From: a phage
Length of the DNA: 64,000 nt
Strand: one strand, 5' to 3'
NCBI GenBank assembly: GCA_025812035.1
Contig: GCA_025812035.1_4719.1
In this document: positions 7,504 through 17,215 of the stretch, one piece after another
Numbering within the stretch: the stretch's first letter is position 1
How the letters are laid out: each line of letters begins with the position of its first letter
Position numbers and translations under genes: made by a program
The notes under the pieces: model-generated
What the model was told of the DNA's origin: nothing
What the model saw: only the letters and a program-made list of their open reading frames with translations
The model's database searches: none

Positions 7504-9960
7504 TTAAATAATCGTGACGTGTTCGTTATACGTTTCAGGGAGGATGATATTCGTTTTATCAAGAACCATACACTCAGCTTTACGGAATGATGCATGGTTG
7601 ATGACATAATGGCTGATGAACCATACTTGGCTTACACGGTGACCATCAACCAAACGACGAACAAAATCCATGGCATTAGATTGGTGTTGCGGATCAAATG
7701 TTGATGCGAATTCATCCAGCATCAAGGGATAATCCGTAAACCCTTTGTAATGCATCATCGCGATGATGAACGCGATATTGATAATTTCCTTTTGCCCCTT
7801 ACTCCCATAAACAATATCTTTTCGCGGTGTCGGATACTTCTCGGTTAGAAGCGGGAAACGATAATTCAATCCTTGCGCATCGATAGCACAAGGGAGTATC
7901 TGAAGTTGGTATTCCCAAATACTCGCAATGATGCCGTTCATGTATTCGACGAACGCGTTGATTGGACCAGCGATTGTTTCAGCAATCAGGCCGTTAGATG
8001 GACTTAACTCATCCAGAACAAGCTGTGCGTAACTGAGCTGTTCTTCCACCTCTTTTTGCGTTGTTTCCAGCTGAGCCAAAAGCTGTTGGTCGGTTTTAGC
8101 TTCCTGTAACTGCTGTTCGACATGGCTTATTCTGCGAACCGTATCAGACATCGCAGCGCGTAACGATTTCGTGTAGAGGTGCTGTAGATATTCTAACCAC
8201 AGTTGCGTTAACGCTTTGTCGCTATTATCCGAACGTACCTGATCTTCCATAATCGCCGTGATGGTTTCCAATCTACCTTCCGTAGCCGTAATGGCTTGCG
8301 TTAACCGTTCAACGGTCGTTAGCAACTCCGTCCTGTTCTTATAAAGCAGTTCTCGGCGTTGCTGTAATGGTTCAACATCGACAGCTTGCACACGTTCGAG
8401 CATGCCTTGAAGATGCTTCCGTTCTTGTTCGGCTTGGGTGTAACGCGCAAGCTTCTCAAATGCGAGCAGCCAATCATTAATGATTCCAATACTGCGAAAC
8501 CCTAATCCGTTTTTACGTCCTTCTTCCAGCAGATTGTCCCACATGGGTTTAATGGCGTAATAATCTTTCGTCCAACGTGTTAACTGACGATGCTGCTCCA
8601 TCCAAAGCGTATAACGCTGAACCTTCTCACTCAGCTCAGCTAACGACTTCTCTTGTTCTTCAACCCAAGCACGGCCCTTCTGAATACGTTGTTCGATGCC
8701 TGCTTTGCTGGTCTTTTCCGTTTCACCAACATGAAAGCGATAATTGCATTTTGGACAGCTGGTCTGCGGCTGATGATTCAGATGATCGAGATGCGCCTCT
8801 AAATCAGCTAACGCATGTTTCGCGTTACGTAAGCGCATTCTTGCTGCCTCTTCCTCCTTGATGTAAGCTTCGGCATCGTAAACGTGGTAGGTATTATCGG
8901 TATCAATCCATTCTTGCAGTAATTCCGTTAACGGAGCCTGAACTTGCGTGAGCTGCTGTAAGCAAACCACGGCATCCAGATTCATCGTTAAAAGCTCGCC
9001 CGGATGGTCTTGTTGGAGTTGTTCGTCCAAACGTGCAAGGCGGGCTTTAATTTGATCGATATCACCTTCTCCAGACTGTTTCAACTGGTCAAGGATATTA
9101 TCAATGCCCAGCAATTCATCAACCTGACTTTCGAGTTTCGCATTCGCATTCGCGAGCTGTTCTCTTAATTCAGCCAGATTCTGCTGTTCTTGCTGTGACG
9201 TTCCTCCTTGATAACGAACAACCGCATGAAGAAGCTCGCGATTAAAATGATGGGCACGTTGTGCGGATTCCAGAAGCTGTCGTTGATCAACATCGCTATC
9301 GAATAACGGCAATCCCATCATCGCTTCGAGCGCTGAGCGCTGCTGTTTTAGTTCTGCTTCCAACCCCTGGTGGTCGGTTCCTGTGTATTTCGCTTCAATT
9401 CGCTGTGATGTTTCAACCAGTTTATTCAGTGTATGTTCATTCACCGCTTTCAGTGAACGTACTTGTTGCTTAACAACCTGGAACAGCTCAAGCGCATAAT
9501 CGACATTAACTGGACATATCTGTGTTAGTCGTTCACGACGTTTCATCGGCCCCATTTCAGTGAACTGGTAAGCCGTTTCGTAACCTAACAACAAACGAAT
9601 GGTGTCATCATTAAGTTCGAAATGTTCTTCAATTAGTTTCCATTGAGCGGGTTGTGTGCCGCCGCCATTCAGGTTCTCGCTGTCGTTAACGTAGAACTCA
9701 TGCTTAAACCCTTTTTCTAAACGACTGATAAGACGGTATTGTTTGTTACGATGTTCACAGCGGTACTCGTAATACCCGTCTTTATCAAAATCCGCACGTT
9801 CAGGAACGGTCGGATACAACAAAGGCAGCAGACTACTCTTACCCGAACCATTGCTACCTAAAATGAGTTGTACGGGATTATCTGGCCGGATGACCAGCTC
9901 CCGAATCATCCCGGTATCAAAACGATTGAATCCACGTAAGTGGAGATAGGTGCATCGCAT
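7504..9960 (-). CDS. Rad50/SbcC-like SMC-type ATPase
   Basis: Walker A GSNGSGKSS, long coiled-coil, CPKC zinc-hook-like motif, and C-terminal YGSKGQKE signature plus LMLDEF Walker B. ORF track start is 10023; the ATG at 9960 gives the typical MRCTYLHLRGFNRF N-terminus. Confidence 0.7.
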   Translation of the reverse strand: MRCTYLHLRGFNRFDTGMIRELVIRPDNPVQLILGSNGSGKSSLLPLLYPTVPERADFDKDGYYEYRCEHRNKQYRLISRLEKGFKHEFYVNDSENLNGGGTQPAQWKLIEEHFELNDDTIRLLLGYETAYQFTEMGPMKRRERLTQICPVNVDYALELFQVVKQQVRSLKAVNEHTLNKLVETSQRIEAKYTGTDHQGLEAELKQQRSALEAMMGLPLFDSDVDQRQLLESAQRAHHFNRELLHAVVRYQGGTSQQEQQNLAELREQLANANAKLESQVDELLGIDNILDQLKQSGEGDIDQIKARLARLDEQLQQDHPGELLTMNLDAVVCLQQLTQVQAPLTELLQEWIDTDNTYHVYDAEAYIKEEEAARMRLRNAKHALADLEAHLDHLNHQPQTSCPKCNYRFHVGETEKTSKAGIEQRIQKGRAWVEEQEKSLAELSEKVQRYTLWMEQHRQLTRWTKDYYAIKPMWDNLLEEGRKNGLGFRSIGIINDWLLAFEKLARYTQAEQERKHLQGMLERVQAVDVEPLQQRRELLYKNRTELLTTVERLTQAITATEGRLETITAIMEDQVRSDNSDKALTQLWLEYLQHLYTKSLRAAMSDTVRRISHVEQQLQEAKTDQQLLAQLETTQKEVEEQLSYAQLVLDELSPSNGLIAETIAGPINAFVEYMNGIIASIWEYQLQILPCAIDAQGLNYRFPLLTEKYPTPRKDIVYGSKGQKEIINIAFIIAMMHYKGFTDYPLMLDEFASTFDPQHQSNAMDFVRRLVDGHRVSQVWFISHYVINHASFRKAECMVLDKTNIILPETYNEHVTII

Positions 9961-10074
9961 GCTATGATAATCCTTCTTCGATACCTTCTGAACCACGGGT
10001 TCAGAATGCGAAGCTGAAGCCATACTTCAGCGTTATTTTCTATATCGTTATTTAAATCAGTAGGAGATTACAGC

Positions 10075-11163
10075 ATGAGCGATCTGGCAACAGACAATCG
10101 CACAAAAGGGAGTCAGCTGGCTCCAGATAGCAACGTAAGCGTTTTCCGTATCTTTGCCTTGGGTACTGTTGCTGCTGACTTTTCCAATAAAAGCCTGGAG
10201 GAAGATCCTAATCAGGCGCTGGAGGTCTTTCTTGACGAAATGATGTCAGGTGCTGATGGGAAAGTTGAAGCGGCGGGAAGCGTTAAAGAAGTCAGTGCAA
10301 CAGACGCTCAAGGGAACAGTTATACAGCGAAAGCGGCAACAACAACCAGTGTACAGTGTTATTGGTTACCCTTTGGCAGTAACCGGATGACGGCCCCTAA
10401 CTTGAGGAAAGGTCAGCGTGTAGTGGTCTGGCGTACCGCAGATGAAGAACAGCTGTACTGGCAACCCAAAGGAGGGGATAGTGAGCTGATGACCATGGAA
10501 TCGGTTATCCTGACCGTCAGCGCACGTCCTAACGCTAAGAAGGACCGTAAATCGATTTCAACGGAAGACTGCTATTACCTAATGGTTGACACCTTCCTTA
10601 AGAAAGCAGTTATCGGCACCAGCGCACAGCTTGGTGAAGTTACCCAGGTCTACATGGAACTTAATCTGGACGAGGGTTACTTACAGGTTGCGGACAGCGT
10701 CCATCAAAACCTACTATTGCTCCATTTCGTTGAACATATGCTGCGATATCAAAACCAGGACGACAGCATCATCGACGTGACAAAAAAGAACATCACATTC
10801 CAATGCGAGGATACGCTCAAAGCAATCGCTAAGAACGATATCCGAATGAAAGCCAAAAACATTTATACGGAATGTGAAAACTTCGAACGTGTCAGTAAAA
10901 CAGAAAGCGTTACGAGTCAGAATGTTTCTTTGAAATGCGATCGCTACGCCGCGCAAGTATCAGGACAGACCACGTTCAAATGTCCTAACACGGTATTCAC
11001 AGGAGCTGTGAGCTTCACCGGTGAAGACGGAAACACGATGACGTTGAACGGGAACTTCATCCATATCGCAGGATCGTGGCGTTCACCAAGCGGAACAAAC
11101 GTATACACCCACGACCATGGTGGCGTTAAATCCGGTAGCAGTAGAACCGACCCGTTCCAATAA
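10075..11163 (+). CDS. putative baseplate central spike (gpV-like), C-terminal HxH motif
   Basis: Central region resembles an OB-fold spike domain. The C-terminus ends in THDHGG, like the iron-binding HxH apex of P2 gpV-type spikes. Motif-level only. Confidence 0.4.
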   Translation: MSDLATDNRTKGSQLAPDSNVSVFRIFALGTVAADFSNKSLEEDPNQALEVFLDEMMSGADGKVEAAGSVKEVSATDAQGNSYTAKAATTTSVQCYWLPFGSNRMTAPNLRKGQRVVVWRTADEEQLYWQPKGGDSELMTMESVILTVSARPNAKKDRKSISTEDCYYLMVDTFLKKAVIGTSAQLGEVTQVYMELNLDEGYLQVADSVHQNLLLLHFVEHMLRYQNQDDSIIDVTKKNITFQCEDTLKAIAKNDIRMKAKNIYTECENFERVSKTESVTSQNVSLKCDRYAAQVSGQTTFKCPNTVFTGAVSFTGEDGNTMTLNGNFIHIAGSWRSPSGTNVYTHDHGGVKSGSSRTDPFQ

Positions 11164-11186
11164 ACAAAAAAGAAATACGCCACAAC

Positions 11187-11220
11187 TTCCTTCCCCGGCC
11201 TTGATGGCTAGGGAAGGAGG
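11187..11220. terminator. GC hairpin (family copy 2, variant loop)
   Basis: CCTTCCCC ... GGGAAGG at a convergent junction. Confidence 0.45.
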
Positions 11221-11236
11221 ATTTATAGTTTATTTA

Positions 11237-11626
11237 TTAACGTGTTGCGTTCTGGATAATTTCTTTTCCGATCTTAACCAAAGCAGGTATCTGTACAGCG
11301 GTTGCACCTCGATGACGAAACGCGGTCGTTAACGCGGTATCAATACTTACAGCACGTCCGTGAAGACGATCGAAATAGACTTGAGTAATTGCAGCAGCAT
11401 AATCCTTTCGCTGTTTCTTGGTCTGGTTCAACAGCGCTGTACTACTACCAACAATGAAATAAGCGATTAAGAAGAACGCTGCTGACCGCGAACCAGGTAG
11501 AAAACCTTGTCGCTTAGGAAGCATCTCACAATCACGAACAGTATTATCGTTCGCGAGCTTTTCCATGTCGACATGGCATAATTTTGCATAGGTGTGAAGA
11601 TAGTGGGTAAAAGTTGAATTTAACAT
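11237..11626 (-). CDS. hypothetical protein (129 aa)
   Basis: ORF with SD-like context. Confidence 0.5.
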   Translation of the reverse strand: MLNSTFTHYLHTYAKLCHVDMEKLANDNTVRDCEMLPKRQGFLPGSRSAAFFLIAYFIVGSSTALLNQTKKQRKDYAAAITQVYFDRLHGRAVSIDTALTTAFRHRGATAVQIPALVKIGKEIIQNATR

Positions 11627-11731
11627 TTTCTTTCCTCGGTTACAATGAGTTCAATGTATAGCTTAAACGCCGCAGAACGACGTATAACGGTTTGTTTTAA
11701 TCTCTAAGGTGTTTCCTTGTCTAAGATTGAA

Positions 11732-12094
11732 TTAAAGCGTTCTGAAGAGTTCTGTAGCGTTCTCGTCACGTAAACAGGCTTCGTTCAACAATTCAGCTAA
11801 CAGCTTCGACCGAGCTTCAACGAATGTCCTGAGGCGATGCTTCCATTCTAAACAGACGGTGTATGAACGATCTAGCTTTTTGTGCTCGACGATAGATGAC
11901 GTGCAGTAGGTTTCGCGTTTATTCACATCGTCCCAAACATCACGAATGATCGTCAAGCCTTTCTCAGTACATGTAAACGTTATAACGTAGTGATTGTTCG
12001 CTGCTTCAACATGAACATCAATAAATTCGTTTCGTAGCGATGAGGTATTGGTTAAACGATCAATAGCGAGCGATAAACCGACACGTTGTTGCAT
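11732..12094 (-). CDS. small protein, paralog family S (member 1)
   Basis: Shares FTCTEKGLTIIRD-type motif with the next two genes. Confidence 0.5.
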   Translation of the reverse strand: MQQRVGLSLAIDRLTNTSSLRNEFIDVHVEAANNHYVITFTCTEKGLTIIRDVWDDVNKRETYCTSSIVEHKKLDRSYTVCLEWKHRLRTFVEARSKLLAELLNEACLRDENATELFRTL

Positions 12095-12095
12095 A

Positions 12096-12524
12096 TCAGA
12101 CCCCCTCTTTCAGAATCTCATTAAGGCTATTAGCAACCGCATCTAACTTCGTGTTGATTACTGTTGGTGTCAATCCGTATATTTTCCAAACTATCTCCGG
12201 TTGACGTATTCCATTTGTCAGACAATGCATTTCGATCGACAACACCATATCGTCGGTGAACGTCGTGCTTTCGCAACAACGAAGATAGGCAGCCTCAAGC
12301 AACGTCTTTCCTAACGTGGTACACACAAAAGTCAATCGAACGCAACGCAAAGACAACGTGTTCGCATTCATTGATGCTGAGACCGGCTGAATATGTTCAC
12401 GCAGTTTTTCGTCTTCACGTAATAGTGATAGGGTGCGATGTAAGCTGGTATGCTGAGCAACCAGCGAATGATAAAGACCAACGCGCGCTGCAGTTACTGC
12501 TGATTCGGGCCATTTAATTTGCAT
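12096..12524 (-). CDS. small protein, paralog family S (member 2)
   Basis: CTTLGKTLLEAA matches CSQTGKTLLENA in 12526-12942. Confidence 0.55.
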   Translation of the reverse strand: MQIKWPESAVTAARVGLYHSLVAQHTSLHRTLSLLREDEKLREHIQPVSASMNANTLSLRCVRLTFVCTTLGKTLLEAAYLRCCESTTFTDDMVLSIEMHCLTNGIRQPEIVWKIYGLTPTVINTKLDAVANSLNEILKEGV

Positions 12525-12525
12525 G

Positions 12526-12942
12526 TTATTTTCCTCGATTTTCTAGTTGAGACACAATACCATCGGCAACGTAATGTAACTGGACATTCAGGTCCAGCGG
12601 CGATAATGCGGAAATTGACCAGCAGGCATTTGAGGTCCAATACAACCCACCTTCACCCAAAGAGACTTCCCACGTTAACTTCGTTATGACGTCTCTGGCT
12701 CGCTGCTCACTATATCGAAATGCATTTTCCAACAATGTTTTTCCCGTTTGTGAACATAAAAAGCACAGTTTCACATCTGTGTCCGTCTTTTCAAAATCAA
12801 ACAATCGAAAATGGTCGGTCAAAGAGGTGGTGGAGGCTAGGCATTGCAATGCGTCTTCCAACGCAAGATGGTCTAGCGTTTCTAAGTTCTTGCATGGCTG
12901 TTTTGGTGCAAGTGCGATTGATTTGCAGAATTTAACGTTCAT
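12526..12942 (-). CDS. small protein, paralog family S (member 3)
   Basis: See previous entry. Tightly packed with 1-nt spacing. Confidence 0.55.
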   Translation of the reverse strand: MNVKFCKSIALAPKQPCKNLETLDHLALEDALQCLASTTSLTDHFRLFDFEKTDTDVKLCFLCSQTGKTLLENAFRYSEQRARDVITKLTWEVSLGEGGLYWTSNACWSISALSPLDLNVQLHYVADGIVSQLENRGK

Positions 12943-12990
12943 GGTTATTTCCTCGTAGTGTTAAGTGGGGACACACCTGTCCCCGAATAA

Positions 12991-13461
12991 TTAGATTACA
13001 TCCCAAGCTGCGTTGGGTATGGGTTGGTTACGATCGATGTAATACATCATGCTTTCTTTAAGTTTGGTCAGCACATCAGCAACGATGTTCTCTACGGCAA
13101 TCACCTTTTCCATGTTGCTCATCGTATCTTGCCACGTGAACCATTCGATCACATTGACGATATGTAAGACCTCATTGTCGTCGGTCATGACCTGGGCATT
13201 TTCACGATGGTCTCGAGTTGTGTACAACGGTGTTTGTATATTCGTTTTAATACGCGTCCAAAGCTTCTCAAGAAAGTTCGTCGGTTGATTATTCGTCGCG
13301 ATGATAAGCTCACTGCGTACCAAATGTTCTCCTCGCTTCTCAATGGCAAGTAACCCATCGTAAGTGATGTTCATCAAGTTACGGAGGTCATCATTGCTAT
13401 TCCAGTCTTTTACGACAGCAGGAAGTTGGCTGTTGTAGCCTTCGGGTAATTTTTCAATCAT
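12991..13461 (-). CDS. hypothetical protein (156 aa)
   Basis: ORF in a co-directional array. Confidence 0.55.
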   Translation of the reverse strand: MIEKLPEGYNSQLPAVVKDWNSNDDLRNLMNITYDGLLAIEKRGEHLVRSELIIATNNQPTNFLEKLWTRIKTNIQTPLYTTRDHRENAQVMTDDNEVLHIVNVIEWFTWQDTMSNMEKVIAVENIVADVLTKLKESMMYYIDRNQPIPNAAWDVI

Positions 13462-13906
13462 CGGTTTCTGCTCCTATATCACGTTTAAGGTCGACCACCA
13501 GTTTTTCATAATGGTCTTTTATTACATTAGCAATAACGAATTGCACTTTTCTCACTAGCTGCTCATCGGCATCGTTGAACGTAAAATGCTCACGCACTTC
13601 AACCGGACGTGACGCGCCACCGATATCGTAAACTTTATTCGATGTACGACGAGCGATTACCGGTAGCGATTCCATGGTGTTCAGCGCAGTACAGATTTCC
13701 GTAACGAGTTCTTGAATACTGCTTCTGCCTTCGATGATAACAGAACAGCGATAGACATCCACTTCGTTAAGCTGTTCAACGACATCCGCCTTGATTTTGA
13801 AATTCCCAATAAGAGCGCTAACCAAAGTGCGATGCCAGTTGTTCACTACCCCAACCAGCAAGGGATGATTCTCAAGATCCCTTTTGTTCATCTCTAAGCC
13901 CCTCAA
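13454..13906 (-). CDS. hypothetical protein (150 aa)
   Basis: ORF overlapping the downstream gene by 8 nt. Confidence 0.55.
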   Translation of the reverse strand: MRGLEMNKRDLENHPLLVGVVNNWHRTLVSALIGNFKIKADVVEQLNEVDVYRCSVIIEGRSSIQELVTEICTALNTMESLPVIARRTSNKVYDIGGASRPVEVREHFTFNDADEQLVRKVQFVIANVIKDHYEKLVVDLKRDIGAETDD

Positions 13907-13929
13907 TCGTTCTATAACAAACTTTTATT

Positions 13930-13952
13930 GGAAGGGAATATGTTTCCCTTCC
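13930..13952. other. perfect 9-bp GC hairpin GGAAGGGAA/TTCCCTTCC (family-related)
   Basis: Sits between co-directional genes and has no adjacent U-tract. Confidence 0.4.
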
Positions 13953-13970
13953 TTGGGTTCGGTTATTGCG

Positions 13971-14246
13971 TTACGCAGCTTTACAGCTTGCGTAAACCAC
14001 AATCGTTCCGTTGTTGATTGCCTCAACAATTTCCTGGGTCAGTTTGGTCGCTAATTTATTATCCGTCCCCGGTACGTAATAACCTTCTCCTGTTTCAGTG
14101 ATTAAGCGATAACGTACTAATCCCACCGTACGCTCAACGCGTACCACCTTTTCAAGTTTGTGTTTGATGATCTTCGTCAGACTGATTGTATCTGACGTGT
14201 AGATCGCTTTATAAACTTTGTTCTTTGCTGTCGGTTTCATCAACAT
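13971..14246 (-). CDS. hypothetical protein (91 aa)
   Basis: ORF in the array. Confidence 0.5.
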   Translation of the reverse strand: MLMKPTAKNKVYKAIYTSDTISLTKIIKHKLEKVVRVERTVGLVRYRLITETGEGYYVPGTDNKLATKLTQEIVEAINNGTIVVYASCKAA

Positions 14247-15102
14247 GGTTTCTGTTTTCCTCGGTTTGTTGTGGTGCTAGGTCAGAGATATCCCATCGGA
14301 CATAACCGATCTCACTGATTCGCTCTGCTACCTCTTCGGTTTGCGAATTACGACTAATCATCGGTAACCATTCTCCGTGTCCGGTGATCTTGACTTCCGT
14401 AAGCTGTAAACTCATGTTCCAACGAACATCGTAAACCAACGCATAGCCAAGAGGATGAACAAGTCCATCTTGGGCGTACATCGTCAAAAGACCTCTTACA
14501 TCTTCGCTACGAAGTGATTTCATGGATGGGCGTACGCGTTGAAGTCTATTTGTGATATCGTATCCCAACTCGATGTCTTTCCAACCTGTCATGGCGTAAG
14601 GAATAACGTTACGACGACGGAGCTGATAGTTGTGAGTGGTTTCTTCGGCGGTAAGGTGTACCCAACCGAGATCGCTGTATGCGACAAACCGCACCGTATC
14701 ACCATCGATTGCAGTATGCCCATCTAACGCTGCTGCAACACCGTGGCCTGCGTAATACGGCGGAATAACGTTAATCATTTTAATACGACTTTCTTGACCG
14801 GTATGGTCAGGATCGATATGTGCGTAGAAACAATTATGGCTTACAGGGCGACCTTCCGCCATACGCCCACGGAAGACAGGGTCCTGCATTCCGAGCGGAT
14901 GGTAATACGCGAGCTGTTGCTCTTCACCTTCCCCGATTACCAACAAACGATCTTCACGACTTGGCGTACTAGGATCTTTCACTGTGATGTAACTAACAAC
15001 CGGTTTCAGGTTGTTTAAAATGTCCTCTGTAAGTTTCTCTAAATCCGATGCTGCGTAAATACGGTTAACAACGGTGTTTACAAGGTGTTTTGATAAGCTC
15101 AT
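14209..15102 (-). CDS. paralog family H protein A (unknown function)
   Basis: Shares YHPLGMQD, a second HPLGY motif and C-terminal GYVRWDISDL with 15184-16074. Confidence 0.65.
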   Translation of the reverse strand: MSLSKHLVNTVVNRIYAASDLEKLTEDILNNLKPVVSYITVKDPSTPSREDRLLVIGEGEEQQLAYYHPLGMQDPVFRGRMAEGRPVSHNCFYAHIDPDHTGQESRIKMINVIPPYYAGHGVAAALDGHTAIDGDTVRFVAYSDLGWVHLTAEETTHNYQLRRRNVIPYAMTGWKDIELGYDITNRLQRVRPSMKSLRSEDVRGLLTMYAQDGLVHPLGYALVYDVRWNMSLQLTEVKITGHGEWLPMISRNSQTEEVAERISEIGYVRWDISDLAPQQTEENRNHVDETDSKEQSL

Positions 15103-15183
15103 TTTAGATCTCTCTTTGTTAATGGTAAATAAATAACGGCATAAAAAGGGGACAACGCTGTCCCCGTGTTAGGTATTATCTGC

Positions 15184-16074
15184 TTACGGCTTCAAATCCG
15201 AAATATCCCAGCGTACGTAACCTGTGTGTTCGATATCCTCGACCAATTGCTCGGTTTGATTTTCAACACCGACAACGGGAACCCAATTCAACTGTTGGCT
15301 ACGTATACCGATGTTAACCTCGACACGCTGCAGATCATCATTCCAACGAACCCCGGCCGGTTTCACAAAACCCAGCGGATGGATAAAACTAAGATCGTCG
15401 CTGAAATCACGAAGAACGCGCAATGTATCGATGGATGAAGGGTTATCATAGCGAACAGGACGTACGCTTTGCAGTTTATCGTATACCGCTCGAGCTGCGC
15501 GCTCGTCACGCCAGGTCGTCATGTATACCGGTTTTATACCACGTTTTAGAAGATGATCGATCTGGATCGCGATGTTATCGTGAACATACATGCAGCCCTG
15601 TTCGGTTTCGGTGTTGTAACCACCATCTTCTAACCGGTTCGGATACGTCAGATGGTCTACCGTCACAGCAACTCCTTCAGCGAACGTGTTCAACGGAAGA
15701 AAACGTTGCAGACTCGTTATCGGATAATCGGGCGACATCCCAGGACGGATATGCGCCATCGTCCCCCAACTGTCAGGGAAGCCATGTCGGTATATGTATT
15801 GCCGGAATACCTCATCCTGCATCCCTAACGGATACCATCGTGCAAGCCGCTGTTGCTCACCATCCTGAATAACAAAAAGCATTTCTTTGCGATTCGGCCA
15901 TCGATGATGTTCCACGGTCAAGCCATCAACAACCGGTCTTAAATTGTTCTTGATGTGTTCTGGAAGTTTATCCACCTCTTCACGACGATAAAAACGATCG
16001 ATGACGATGATGTCAACCTTCCCATGATTGAACCAGTTCATGTTAACTCCCTCTGTGGTGCGAAAACAAAACAT
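15184..16074 (-). CDS. paralog family H protein B (unknown function)
   Basis: See A. An alternative ATG at 16041 has SD GAGGGA. Confidence 0.65.
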   Translation of the reverse strand: MFCFRTTEGVNMNWFNHGKVDIIVIDRFYRREEVDKLPEHIKNNLRPVVDGLTVEHHRWPNRKEMLFVIQDGEQQRLARWYPLGMQDEVFRQYIYRHGFPDSWGTMAHIRPGMSPDYPITSLQRFLPLNTFAEGVAVTVDHLTYPNRLEDGGYNTETEQGCMYVHDNIAIQIDHLLKRGIKPVYMTTWRDERAARAVYDKLQSVRPVRYDNPSSIDTLRVLRDFSDDLSFIHPLGFVKPAGVRWNDDLQRVEVNIGIRSQQLNWVPVVGVENQTEQLVEDIEHTGYVRWDISDLKP

Positions 16075-16333
16075 CTAATTGCTCCCGTTGTTCTTTTAAG
16101 TATGCGGGAAGCTGGTCTTCCCGTACCGTTCCGATTTCTAACATGATGTACCAGCGTTGTTCGGAAGCCTGCCATTGAAAACTGCTCTGTAAACGTAGGA
16201 TGCTAGGATCATGTACCTTGCTTGCGCTGTAACGGTTGAACCAGCCCAGGTAAGCGGCTTTCCCCTCCTCATCGGCAACGTAACGCTGCACGCTGTTCTT
16301 CCCTTTGTTTTCGTATCCTGTTGCATGTATCAT
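16043..16333 (-). CDS. hypothetical small protein (~96 aa)
   Basis: ATG at 16333 overlaps the upstream stop as ATGA. ORF track gives 16043-16390. Confidence 0.5.
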   Translation of the reverse strand: MIHATGYENKGKNSVQRYVADEEGKAAYLGWFNRYSASKVHDPSILRLQSSFQWQASEQRWYIMLEIGTVREDQLPAYLKEQREQLDVLFSHHRGS

Positions 16334-17106
16334 GCGAACGTTTCTCCTGTAACGTGTTGTGGGCGTTGCAGCATGGTAGCATCCCAGCATACCAGCTTGC
16401 TTTTCTCAAGCATCTTCCGCGCCGTATCAACGCTAACGCCAGGATGCATGACAGGTAGCCAACGTTCGTTAAGCACCTTGGCTTCCAGGCGTTGCTTGCG
16501 CTTATTGTATTGTACCTCGCTAACCCATGCGTAACCGAAAGGATGGATAACCCGTGGGTAGTAACGTTTAAGCATCATCAGTCTTTGCTGATAAAGCTTA
16601 TCGGAACCCTCACCAACGAATAAGGCAACCCGTTCCAACCGCTTGGTGTAATACGTTCCGGTGGTATGATTGATCCAACCAGGAAGCGTTCGTACATCAT
16701 TTTCGAGTGTTCCTGATACGTTATGCACTTCACCGCTATACACCGTCCCAACAACCTGATTCGTTGCGTCCACCATCGACCGTGGCAAAGCATCCGCGGT
16801 AGGATACAACCATGCATCCCCAAGCTGCTCTCCCGACGCAAGTACCCGTAATCCGCTTGCGCTCACCCGCAACGGATGCTGGCTCTTATGCGCACGCAAC
16901 TGCACCACAGATAAGTCTACCGGATGGGCGATGCAACAGCCACGCTGACGGAACAGTCCAACCTCACCATCCACCCCTTCGATCATGCTTCCTTCCGAAC
17001 CGTTCCACCAACGTTTAACCTTCACGCATTCGGCTTGCACCGTTTCAGGCAACGTTAAATAATCGTGTTCAATAAACACCACATCAAAAATCAATGCTTC
17101 TTTCAT
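16330..17106 (-). CDS. paralog family H protein C (unknown function)
   Basis: Single HPFGY motif and related C-terminus. SD AGAGGA upstream. Confidence 0.65.
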   Translation of the reverse strand: MKEALIFDVVFIEHDYLTLPETVQAECVKVKRWWNGSEGSMIEGVDGEVGLFRQRGCCIAHPVDLSVVQLRAHKSQHPLRVSASGLRVLASGEQLGDAWLYPTADALPRSMVDATNQVVGTVYSGEVHNVSGTLENDVRTLPGWINHTTGTYYTKRLERVALFVGEGSDKLYQQRLMMLKRYYPRVIHPFGYAWVSEVQYNKRKQRLEAKVLNERWLPVMHPGVSVDTARKMLEKSKLVCWDATMLQRPQHVTGETFA

Positions 17107-17191
17107 CTAAAAAGATCCTCTGTTTTTTCACGTTAATTAAACAACGTATTGATTTCTATTCGATAGCAATACGAACATCGTACGTACGCAT

Positions 17192-17215
17192 CACTTAGGT
17201 AATATAGCCGTGAAA
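17192..17215. promoter_or_regulatory. conserved 24-nt motif (copy 2; CACTTAGGTAATATAGCCGTGAAA)
   Basis: One mismatch to the consensus. About 90 nt from the start of 16330-17106. Confidence 0.45.
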
